Source: a phage. From it: 44,793 nt of DNA. The notes below the pieces were generated by a model. The model ran no database searches, was not told where the DNA came from, and saw nothing but the letters and a program-made list of their open reading frames with translations. The translations under genes and the position numbers were made by a program. Shown one piece after another: positions 8,895 through 16,671 of this stretch (within the stretch, counting starts at the first letter, position 1; each line of letters begins with the position of its first letter). Location: sequence record PZ445535.1; one strand, written 5' to 3'.

Positions 8895-9317
8895 ATGAGC
8901 AATACGAAAATCAGGAAGGCGCTTAATAGCGTAGTGGAAGAGTTAGCCTCGGAATTGCAGACCGGCACGCGCATTATCCGGGTAAACTGGGAGAATATGG
9001 CAGGAAACCATGCAGACGGCAACGGCATCTACCTCGAACCGTACCTGCTACCGGCCCCGACCCAGTTTGTCGGCTTACAGCAGAAGGGACGGATCTATGC
9101 GGGTGTGTATCAGGTTGCCGTAGTATTCCCTGCGGACACGGGCACGCAGTATGCCAGCGAACTGGCGGACACCATTGCCGAGTCGCCGAAATGGCAGAAC
9201 GTGAAAATCGACGGCATGGCATTCCAGTTACAGGACGCGCCGTACACCAGCCCAGTGACTGAGGATATTGACGCGGCGCGCATTGTAGTCACAGTTATGT
9301 ATCACGGTTGCGCCTGA
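8895..9317 (+). CDS. tail terminator-like protein (putative)
   Basis: 140 aa (MSNTKIRK...); ATG 2 nt after previous stop; immediately upstream of tail tube gene. Confidence 0.45.
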   Translation: MSNTKIRKALNSVVEELASELQTGTRIIRVNWENMAGNHADGNGIYLEPYLLPAPTQFVGLQQKGRIYAGVYQVAVVFPADTGTQYASELADTIAESPKWQNVKIDGMAFQLQDAPYTSPVTEDIDAARIVVTVMYHGCA

Positions 9318-9378
9318 TTTGTCGAGATTAAGCGCGTGCGGTATCATTAATCGGAATAACTAAACAGGAGATTTCATT

Positions 9379-10104
9379 ATGGGTTATCAACTTCCTAACG
9401 GGTCCAGCGTCCAAATCGGGTCCGTACAGGGCGCGGGCATCGCCGTAACGGCAGCGTTGAACGAGAAGGCGTCTATCAGCAATCTGACGCAAGGCTGTGT
9501 AATCACTTGCGGTGCGTCGCATGGTCTGCAGGTTGGCGATGTTGTTATGTTCACTAAATCCCCGTGGGCACGTGCACTTAACCAGGCATTCATTGTTGGT
9601 AAAGTGGCGGCCAACAACGTGACGCTGGCGCGCTTCGATACGTCAGATAAGTCTAAGTATCCGACCGGGGCGTTCCGGGTTGGCACACCTGGCGAGATCG
9701 TGAAGATTTCGAGCTTTATCGACTTCCCGTTTATCACTAACGTAGCCGTGTCCGGTGGCGACCAGCAGACGACGACCTTCCAGCCGCTACAGGTGAATAC
9801 TGCGATCAGTCTGAACACCACGAAAAACCCGGTGGTCCAGACCTACACTTTCACCCACGACGAAGAAGACCCGATCCGTCCGATTCTGGAAGACCTGGAC
9901 GACACGCAGAAGACTACGGTAATTAAGTTCACTAACCCGGCAGCGTCCAGCGGTAAAGGTGAAATCCGTATCTATGCGGCTAAGGTGTCTTTCCAGAAGA
10001 TTCCGTCTGCGGAAGTGAATAACGTAGAAACGGTACAATCCACTCTTACCATGCAGTCAGAAATGGTTATTTACCGCAAAGACCTGGTAGAAGCCTTATC
10101 CTGA
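9379..10104 (+). CDS. major tail (tube) protein
   Basis: 241 aa; RBS AACAGGAG; strong intrinsic terminator downstream; position before chaperone pair and tape measure. Confidence 0.7.
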   Translation: MGYQLPNGSSVQIGSVQGAGIAVTAALNEKASISNLTQGCVITCGASHGLQVGDVVMFTKSPWARALNQAFIVGKVAANNVTLARFDTSDKSKYPTGAFRVGTPGEIVKISSFIDFPFITNVAVSGGDQQTTTFQPLQVNTAISLNTTKNPVVQTYTFTHDEEDPIRPILEDLDDTQKTTVIKFTNPAASSGKGEIRIYAAKVSFQKIPSAEVNNVETVQSTLTMQSEMVIYRKDLVEALS

Positions 10105-10132
10105 TTTGGTCGGGTAAATAGCGAGTGTTAAC

Positions 10133-10158
10133 ATGGGGGCGTAAGCCCCCTTTTTTAT
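10133..10158 (+). terminator. intrinsic terminator after tail tube gene
   Basis: GGGGGC-GTAA-GCCCCC hairpin followed by TTTTTT. Confidence 0.75.
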
Positions 10159-10171
10159 TGGAGAAAATATC

Positions 10172-10534
10172 ATGGCTAAACAATCCCTGTTCACCCTCGA
10201 CCCAAAACCGACCTTCAAGCTGCCGATTGAAATCCCGCGTCCGGGTGAGAAAGAGCCGGGTAAGCTGACTTTCACAGTCCGCCACCGCCCGATCGACGAG
10301 TTTTCGCAGACCATGCAGGAGACTGAGCGCAAGCTATCAGAATATGACCAGAATGACCCGGATGGCTTTAACGTTATGGTCGAGGCCATCATGCACGTCG
10401 CTGAAGGCTGGAATCTGCCGGATGAGTTCACCGAAGAGAACGTCCGCCGCCTGGTGGTGAACTACCCGCGTGCGTTCGGCGTGTTCCATACGTCGTACTA
10501 TCTAGAATTGATGGGCTTGCGTGAAAAAAACTAA
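10172..10534 (+). CDS. tail assembly chaperone (G-like, unshifted product)
   Basis: 120 aa ending ...LREKN; acidic; immediately upstream of tape measure region; slippery heptamer at its 3' end. Confidence 0.75.
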   Translation: MAKQSLFTLDPKPTFKLPIEIPRPGEKEPGKLTFTVRHRPIDEFSQTMQETERKLSEYDQNDPDGFNVMVEAIMHVAEGWNLPDEFTEENVRRLVVNYPRAFGVFHTSYYLELMGLREKN

Positions 10535-10848
10535 TTGCGGCGGCGCGACGATTTTATGGTCCGCCGCCACCGTCCGAAGACCTTGCCGCTAGTTTATGGG
10601 GTGCGGCCCCCGAAGATATTTGCCCGCCAGTTGCATTATGGCCTGATAACGTCCAGGTCGTTGCCGTTTTCACGGACTGCTCGACGCAGTGGCGCACCGG
10701 TTTTAATGGTGCATACGGCATCGACTATGGCGTACTGGAATGGTTGTTTAAAATGCACGGCATCGAAAACGAGAAGCGCGCTTTTAAAGATATTAAGCTA
10801 ATGGAGCGTATCGCACTCGACGAAATCGCAGCACAACAGGCCGGGTAA
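10172..10848 (+). CDS. tail assembly chaperone frameshift fusion (GT-like), programmed -1 frameshift at 10525-10531
   Basis: A_AAA_AAC heptamer in zero frame 5 codons before the stop; -1 frame stays open to TAA at 10846-10848 and encodes ...KKLIAAARRFYGPPPPSEDLAASLWGAAPEDICPPVALWPDNVQVVAVF...; intrinsic terminator follows. Confidence 0.7.
10525..10531 (+). other. -1 programmed ribosomal frameshift slippery heptamer A_AAA_AAC
   Basis: Heptamer in zero frame of chaperone gene; -1 frame open for 105 further codons. Confidence 0.7.
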
Positions 10849-10862
10849 TTCCGGCCTTTTTC
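10839..10862 (+). terminator. intrinsic terminator after chaperone frameshift ORF
   Basis: GGCCGG-GTAATT-CCGGCC hairpin followed by TTTTT; overlaps stop codon of -1 frame product. Confidence 0.6.
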
Positions 10863-11190
10863 GTATCGGGACAAGCGGGACGTCCCGTTTTTGTCCCACC
10901 CATCCCGCCACACCGAAAACTGCATACCTATTCAGAAATACTGCATAAAACCAAAACGGGACAAAAACGGGACAAGCGGGACGTCCCGCCTCAAAAGTGC
11001 ATACCTATGCAATTTTCGTGCATAAAACAAACGGGACAAAAACGGGACAGATTCCGCGCGGGACAAAGCGGGACGTCCCGCCGTCCCAGTCAGTGCTGCC
11101 GCGGGTTTCAGCCGTTCGGGACAAGCGGGACAAAGCCCAGTCTTTCAGACTAGACGGGGGTCAATGGCCCCCCTCGTCTGAGACTGAATA
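10863..11190. repeat. iteron-rich element A (about 11 CGGGACA heptamers, three GGGACGTCCC palindromes, two ~78-bp tandem units, terminal G/C-rich inverted repeat)
   Basis: Non-coding 400-bp gap inside tail operon; heptamer CGGGACA at 10867, 10957, 10968, 11032, 11043, 11059, 11117, 11126 etc.; inverted repeat CAGTCTTTCAGACTAGACGGGGG...CCCCCCTCGTCTGAGACTG at 11138-11186. Confidence 0.8.
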
Positions 11191-11256
11191 AGGTTGGTTG
11201 CAAAATGACTGATACAATACAAACGGCAACTTGCATAAAAAGGGGGGGACTGCATA

Positions 11257-13899
11257 ATGGCAGATCAAGCCGCAGGCATTACGCTAAAGGCGGACGTGTC
11301 GCAAATTAAATCGGCGAACAATGCGCTAGACCAAATGGCGCAAAAATCCGATAACACCGAAAAGAAAGTTAAGAAGCTAAACGACACCCTCGGCAACAAT
11401 AAGAAGGAGTCGTCCGGCGCTGCGGATGGAATGGGTAAGTTTGCACAGCAGACTGAACGAGCCGCAGATGGCATGACCAAACAGGAACGTTTGGCAAACC
11501 GGTTAGGCATGTCAACCAAAAACCTCGGCTTCGCATCACGCAACGCTGCATTCCAGCTTCAGGACATTGCCGTAACGCTTGAGATGGGTATGCCAGTGCA
11601 CCGTGTCATGCTTCAGCAGTTACCGCAGCTTACCGGTGCGTTTGGCGGTATGGCTAACACCTTGCGTTATGTTGCAGGCGTACTCGGTCCAGTAGGGATC
11701 GGCCTCGCGGCATTAACGGCAACGCTTGGCGTAGGTGTGGCTATGACCACGCGTGCCGATAACCAGGTTGCGGCGCTAAACAAGACGCTCACTCTTTCAG
11801 GTAACATTTCCGGCCTGACAGCTAACCGTATCCTGGAGCTTGCCGAGAACGCCGAGCGCATGGGAGGGACGTTCCGCAAGACTAAGGACACCATTCAGGC
11901 GCTGGCAGCGGCGGGTGTGCGCGCAGGGTCTGACTTCGGCGCACTTGCTAAGGTCGTTAATGATTTCGCCAGTGTATCAAGCGAGCCAATCGAAGACGTC
12001 GTTTCGGCGGTAGCCAAACTGTCAACGGACCCTGTAGGCGGCTTGCGCGCATTGGCGGACCAGTACCATGTCGTTACGGAAGCGCAGATCCAGCAGGTGC
12101 AATCGCTCATGGACGCGGGTAAAGAGACTGAAGCAGTTGCGGCGGCTAACAAGATCGCAACCGCATCATTCTCGGATATGACCACCGAGCTTAAAGCGAA
12201 CATGGGTACGCTTGAGCGCTCAATGAAAACGGTCACATCAGCAGCGAAGTCTATGTGGGATGCTATTCTGGATATTGGTCGGGCACAGTCGTCTAACGAA
12301 GCTGAGATGGAAGCCCGCGAGAAATTGCAGCGACTGACCACCGCCTACTACGTTGAGCAGAAAGCGGTTGCTGAGGCTGGCGGCAAGATGACCGAGGCAC
12401 AGAAGGCCCGGATCGATATGCTGTATAGCGAGATGGTAGCCCAGGAGAAGGTAGTTGCCTCCGCCACGCTGGCTAACCGCCAGAAGCGCGAAGAAGCACA
12501 GACCGCCGAGCAATCGGCTAAAGCACGGCAGCAGGAAAACCAGGCGGCCCGTGAACTGGCGGAGCTTGATGCTAAATACGCCACCAACGCCGAGAAGCGT
12601 GCGAAAGAACTGGCGAAGGTAGACCGCTTGCTGAAGTCCGGCACGATTTCGCAGGAGCGCCACGCCGAGCTTGTCGAGCAGATTAACAAGATGTACAAAG
12701 ACCCGGCACCGAAGAAGGCCGCTGCCGTTCGGGTAGACTCCGGCCTGAAAATGCTTGAGATCGCAAAGAGCGAACTGGCGCAACTTCGCGAGGCTGGAAA
12801 GTTAATCACCGCCAATGCTTCAAACCAGACACGCACACAGCGCGCACAAGCGGCCCTGAGCAAGCTAATTGCCGATAATGAGCAGTTAGTCGCTGCGAGC
12901 AAGTCCAGAGCGCTGACGGCAGCGGAGAAGCAGCAATTAGCCGAGTTTGAGAACGTACGCGCGGTGCGAGAGCAAATCGTCGCGGAAGCGAAGCGCCAGG
13001 ATGAGGTCGAGAAGTCCGTAAAAGCGCACGCGCAGATCGACGCCTACCTGAAGAATCAGGACGCCGAACTGAAAGCCATTACGGCAGGCTACGCCTTATC
13101 GACCCGCGAAGCGTCTAACCTGCGGGAAGAGATGCAGCTAATTGACAGACTGAAGCGCGTCGGTGCTTCCGACACAGATATTGACCGTGCTGTTTCAAAG
13201 CTGCGCGAAGTGCAGGAGGCGCAAACCGGCGCTAACGCGTCGTTGTGGGATGGCTTCAGCCGCGGCCTGAAAGATAGCGTGGATGACCTGGGTAACGGAT
13301 ATACGCAGATGGTATCCGCGACAAAATTCACGTTCGGCGCTATGATGGATACGATGAACGAGTTTTTCGAGACTGGTAAATTCAACGCGAGGGATATGAT
13401 TAAATCCATCCTGAGCGAATTTATCAAGCTGGCTACCTCGCAAGCGTTTAAGTCCGTTGTTACCGCGTTCGGCGGTGGTGGAAAAGACGGACTGTTTGGG
13501 GCGATCTTCTCCGGCCTCACTAAGAACGCCGACGGCGGAGCGTACTCCGGCGGCAACCTTTCCGCGTATTCCGGGCAAGTGGTGAGCCAGCCTACCTTTT
13601 TCAATTACGGCGTTAAGGCGTTCGCTAAGGGCGCAGGATTGATGGGCGAGGCCGGGCCAGAGGCCATCATGCCACTGAAGCGCGGGCCGGACGGTAAGCT
13701 GGGCGTTGCCGCAAGTGGCGCGGGCGGAGGCGGCATCGTTGTGACCACTAACGTCAACATGGGTACGGGGCAGGCCGACACCAGCGTTAAAGGTACCGAC
13801 CCACGAATGGGCCAGGTATTTGGCAAGCAGATCACGGAAGCGGTTAAAGCCGAAATCGTGAAAGCAACTAAACCAGGTGGTGTACTTTATAAACGATGA
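11257..13899 (+). CDS. tape measure protein
   Basis: 880 aa; long alpha-helical Ala/Gln/Lys-rich sequence; Gly-rich C-terminal region; RBS AGGGGGGG; followed by M/L/K/I/J-like genes. Confidence 0.9.
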   Translation: MADQAAGITLKADVSQIKSANNALDQMAQKSDNTEKKVKKLNDTLGNNKKESSGAADGMGKFAQQTERAADGMTKQERLANRLGMSTKNLGFASRNAAFQLQDIAVTLEMGMPVHRVMLQQLPQLTGAFGGMANTLRYVAGVLGPVGIGLAALTATLGVGVAMTTRADNQVAALNKTLTLSGNISGLTANRILELAENAERMGGTFRKTKDTIQALAAAGVRAGSDFGALAKVVNDFASVSSEPIEDVVSAVAKLSTDPVGGLRALADQYHVVTEAQIQQVQSLMDAGKETEAVAAANKIATASFSDMTTELKANMGTLERSMKTVTSAAKSMWDAILDIGRAQSSNEAEMEAREKLQRLTTAYYVEQKAVAEAGGKMTEAQKARIDMLYSEMVAQEKVVASATLANRQKREEAQTAEQSAKARQQENQAARELAELDAKYATNAEKRAKELAKVDRLLKSGTISQERHAELVEQINKMYKDPAPKKAAAVRVDSGLKMLEIAKSELAQLREAGKLITANASNQTRTQRAQAALSKLIADNEQLVAASKSRALTAAEKQQLAEFENVRAVREQIVAEAKRQDEVEKSVKAHAQIDAYLKNQDAELKAITAGYALSTREASNLREEMQLIDRLKRVGASDTDIDRAVSKLREVQEAQTGANASLWDGFSRGLKDSVDDLGNGYTQMVSATKFTFGAMMDTMNEFFETGKFNARDMIKSILSEFIKLATSQAFKSVVTAFGGGGKDGLFGAIFSGLTKNADGGAYSGGNLSAYSGQVVSQPTFFNYGVKAFAKGAGLMGEAGPEAIMPLKRGPDGKLGVAASGAGGGGIVVTTNVNMGTGQADTSVKGTDPRMGQVFGKQITEAVKAEIVKATKPGGVLYKR

Positions 13900-13904
13900 T
13901 AAAA

Positions 13905-13936
13905 TGGCCCTCACACACAACGTGAGGGCTTTTTTA
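13905..13936 (+). terminator. terminator-like hairpin abutting start codon of gene at 13936 (possible attenuator)
   Basis: GCCCTCACACACAACGTGAGGGC hairpin followed by TTTTTT then ATG. Confidence 0.5.
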
Positions 13937-14535
13937 TGGCACAAGGTACAATCACAGTAACGAAGGGTAGTAAGACCGTCACAGGAGCAGGGACAGCGTT
14001 TTTAGGGGCATTGGGTAAAGTGTTCTTGCTGGCTACCATCGACGGCAACGACTACGTTGCTAAAATTGCAGCGTTCAATTCAGCAACGTCTATCACACTG
14101 GTGGACAACTGGCCCGGACCGACTAAATCCGGCGCTGCGTACGAACTGATTGAGGCGCACGACCCGCGGGCTAATGAGTGGCCTTACTACTGGCATATGC
14201 AATTGCAAGGCGGTGGCGACGTGCAGCTATCCTTCCGATCCGAAGAATTGCAATTCGGCAACGGGTACGGGCAGAACATCGCCGACGGGCCGAACGCCGA
14301 GACGAAACAATTCCCGATCCAGTTTGTCGGCTTGACTAACGACAAGTGGAATAACCCGAAGCTGGTTTATAACTTCCTTCGTGCGCATTTTGTGCGACCG
14401 TTTATTGCCACAGCGCCGGACGGGGAGAAAGGGCTTTACGTTGTAGAGCGGTCTAGCTTGTCGTACACTGACAACGGACACTACACGGCAACCGTAGCCG
14501 CGACACTTAAAACAGCCATTGGATTCGTGCAATGA
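13936..14535 (+). CDS. minor tail protein (gpM-like C-terminal half with N-terminal fiber-like domain)
   Basis: 199 aa; C-terminal LQFGNGYGQN...FVGL pattern resembles lambda M; N-terminal ~70 aa is about 39% identical to the N-terminus of the tail fiber at 21416. Confidence 0.55.
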   Translation: MAQGTITVTKGSKTVTGAGTAFLGALGKVFLLATIDGNDYVAKIAAFNSATSITLVDNWPGPTKSGAAYELIEAHDPRANEWPYYWHMQLQGGGDVQLSFRSEELQFGNGYGQNIADGPNAETKQFPIQFVGLTNDKWNNPKLVYNFLRAHFVRPFIATAPDGEKGLYVVERSSLSYTDNGHYTATVAATLKTAIGFVQ

Positions 14536-15320
14536 ATAAACTTTACCGTGAGGCAACACGCTTTGACCCGTCGGGGCGCGTTCGCCTGATTCACATTGAT
14601 GCGCAGGACGTCGATCCTGGCGACGGCGCGATCGGGGCAGGCCACCACTACTTCCACTATTGCTTTATCCCGCACACTGCGGAAGATATTGCCGCTGCCG
14701 GTGGGGATGAGTCTAAGCTGAAGCCTAAATCACTGTTCTTTGACGGGCAGGAATATGAATTTTGGCCCTTTGAGCTAACCGGCCTTAATTTCTCCACCTC
14801 AACGGCAGCAGATCCGCAGCTAACAATCGTCGATATTGGCGGCGTTATCACTCGCTTGTCACTGAATCACGACCAGCTACTTGGAGCTAAGGTTGAGATT
14901 ATCGACACGTTTGCGAAGTTCCTGGACAATGGTGCAGATCCAGACCCAACGCAAAAACGCGTCCAGGAGTTTTACATTGATTCGCAGGTCGGACGCAATC
15001 CTGGGCGACAAATTACGTTTGCGCTATCCTCACCCGCGGATATGGAAGGGCAGGTTGTCCCGCGCCGTCAAATCATGAATATGTGCGAGTGGGCGCTTAA
15101 TGGCAAATACGCCAGCGGGGATGGGTGCACGTGGAATCTGGCGGCCCCCGGCATCAAGTATTACGACGAGCGTGGCAACGAAGTCATTGCCCCGAACATG
15201 GACCGCTGCGGAGGCTGTTTATCGGACTGCTATCTGCGATTCGGTCAAGGACTGGCAGACCCGAAATCGGCGGTGCTGGACTTCGGCGGCTTCCCCGGAT
15301 CTAAACTTATCAAGGGGTAA
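14532..15320 (+). CDS. minor tail protein L-like
   Basis: 262 aa; C-terminal Cys cluster (CTWN...CGGCLSDC) as in lambda gpL; ATGA overlap with upstream gene. Confidence 0.65.
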   Translation: MNKLYREATRFDPSGRVRLIHIDAQDVDPGDGAIGAGHHYFHYCFIPHTAEDIAAAGGDESKLKPKSLFFDGQEYEFWPFELTGLNFSTSTAADPQLTIVDIGGVITRLSLNHDQLLGAKVEIIDTFAKFLDNGADPDPTQKRVQEFYIDSQVGRNPGRQITFALSSPADMEGQVVPRRQIMNMCEWALNGKYASGDGCTWNLAAPGIKYYDERGNEVIAPNMDRCGGCLSDCYLRFGQGLADPKSAVLDFGGFPGSKLIKG

Positions 15321-15322
15321 AC

Positions 15323-16063
15323 ATGTTAACTAAGAAAGTGAGAAGTGAGATTGCCGCGCATGTCGCGGCTTGTCTGCCTGAAGAGGCTTGCGGGCTTGTC
15401 GTCATGGTTGGGCGTAAGCAGGTTTTCGTACCCTGCCTGAACGTGTTCGAAGACCCTACCGGCGAGCGCACCAGGAAAGACGCATTTACTATCAGTGATA
15501 TGGCCTGGATGGATGCCGAGGATATGGGCGAAGTCGTACGCGTAGTGCACTCCCACCCCGGACAGCGTGAGCTAACCCCATCGTTGGGTGACGTAAACGG
15601 ATGCAACGGCAGCGGCATTACCTGGACCATCGTTAATGAGTTTGGCGACCTTATCGAGATCGACCCGGAAGACCCGCCACTGGTAGGCCGCCGTTTTGTG
15701 CTGGGCATTACCGATTGCTACGGCCTCGTCATGGACTGGCACAAGAAGAATGGTGTAAACCTGCCAGACTTCCGCGTTCCGTATAACTGGTGGGAGACGG
15801 GGGAAAACCTGTATATGGACAACTGGCACAGCGCCGGTTTTCGTGAATGCCCTGAGAACACGCCAGGGGCGATGGTAATCATGCAAATCAGCGCATCAGT
15901 ACCAAACCACGCGGGGATCTACCTTCCGGGCGACCAACTCCTGCACCACATTTACGGCAGCTTGTCCAGTGTTATCCCGTTCCGGGCAGGCTTTTTCCGT
16001 GAAAATGTGGTTAAATGGGTCAGACACAAAGACCTACCGGAGAAAATTGCGATATGGCAATGA
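15323..16063 (+). CDS. tail assembly protein K-like (JAB/MPN + NlpC/P60 domains)
   Basis: 246 aa; JAMM-type motif VHSHPGQRELTPSLGD; Cys/His hydrolase-like region ITDCYG...H. Confidence 0.7.
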   Translation: MLTKKVRSEIAAHVAACLPEEACGLVVMVGRKQVFVPCLNVFEDPTGERTRKDAFTISDMAWMDAEDMGEVVRVVHSHPGQRELTPSLGDVNGCNGSGITWTIVNEFGDLIEIDPEDPPLVGRRFVLGITDCYGLVMDWHKKNGVNLPDFRVPYNWWETGENLYMDNWHSAGFRECPENTPGAMVIMQISASVPNHAGIYLPGDQLLHHIYGSLSSVIPFRAGFFRENVVKWVRHKDLPEKIAIWQ

Positions 16064-16671
16064 CCACTTTTAAATTATACGGCGTCTTAGGACGCCGTTT
16101 TGGTAAAGAGCATAAGCTGGACTGCTTCACGCCGGGCGAGGGTATCACCGGCCTATGTGTGAAGTTACCCGGCTTACAGGAATTTTTAATGTCTGCGCAC
16201 CTGGATAATATGATGTTCAAAGTGCGCAAGGGTAATCACACGATGAGCGGGACCGACGAGCTAGGCGAAGCCCACGGCAACCGCGTCATTACCATCGCGC
16301 CAGTAATGACCGGTGCGAAAAGCGGATTAGGCCAATTGCTGGCGGGCGTGGCTATTGTAGTGGCCTCGTTCTATACGGGCGGGCTTGCTGCTGCCGCTTT
16401 CGGTGCTTCCGCCGCTACCGCCGCCGCGATCGGGACTGCGACATTCTCGTTCGGGATGTCTATGGCGCTGGGCGGCGTTATGCAGCTACTGTCACCGCAG
16501 CCGAAAGGATTGCAGACCCGCCAGGACGTGGATAACAAGGCATCGTATGCGTTCGGAGGGCCGGTAAACACGACTGCGCAGGGGACAGCACTTGGTGTAT
16601 TATGGGGCGAGCGTGAGATCGGCGGCGCTATTATTTCTGCCGGTATCGTAACTGAGGATTTACACGAATGA
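16054..16671 (+). CDS. tail assembly protein I-like
   Basis: 206 aa from ATG 16054 (RBS GGAG 11 nt upstream); Gly/Ala-rich hydrophobic C-terminal half; overlaps K stop and J start. Confidence 0.55.
   Translation: MAMTTFKLYGVLGRRFGKEHKLDCFTPGEGITGLCVKLPGLQEFLMSAHLDNMMFKVRKGNHTMSGTDELGEAHGNRVITIAPVMTGAKSGLGQLLAGVAIVVASFYTGGLAAAAFGASAATAAAIGTATFSFGMSMALGGVMQLLSPQPKGLQTRQDVDNKASYAFGGPVNTTAQGTALGVLWGEREIGGAIISAGIVTEDLHE

Noticed and set aside
8267-9028. 253-aa minus-strand ORF antisense to connector genes
   Set aside because: It fully overlaps three well-supported plus-strand genes with RBSs and coupled starts; long antisense ORFs are expected by chance in GC-rich coding DNA.
10535-10801. Track ORF (88 aa, non-ATG start) immediately after the tail chaperone stop, in the same frame
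   Set aside because: It starts at the codon right after the chaperone TAA and has no RBS. The conserved-looking coding information is in the -1 frame and is reached by the A_AAA_AAC frameshift, so it is treated as part of the frameshift product.
10863-11190. Possible CRISPR array (short direct repeats)
   Set aside because: Repeat units are only 7-10 bp with irregular spacing and no unique spacers of 25-40 bp; no cas genes are present.
10997-11191. 64-aa ORF inside the iteron element
   Set aside because: It lies entirely within the repeated CGGGACA and palindrome DNA, has no ATG/RBS context, and the same DNA is duplicated at 39069-39240 in a non-coding setting.
12238-13944. Several 170-250-aa minus-strand ORFs inside the tape measure gene
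   Set aside because: They are antisense to an 880-aa gene with clear tape-measure character, lack RBSs and have repetitive Ala/Ser/Arg-rich composition typical of antisense GC-rich frames.
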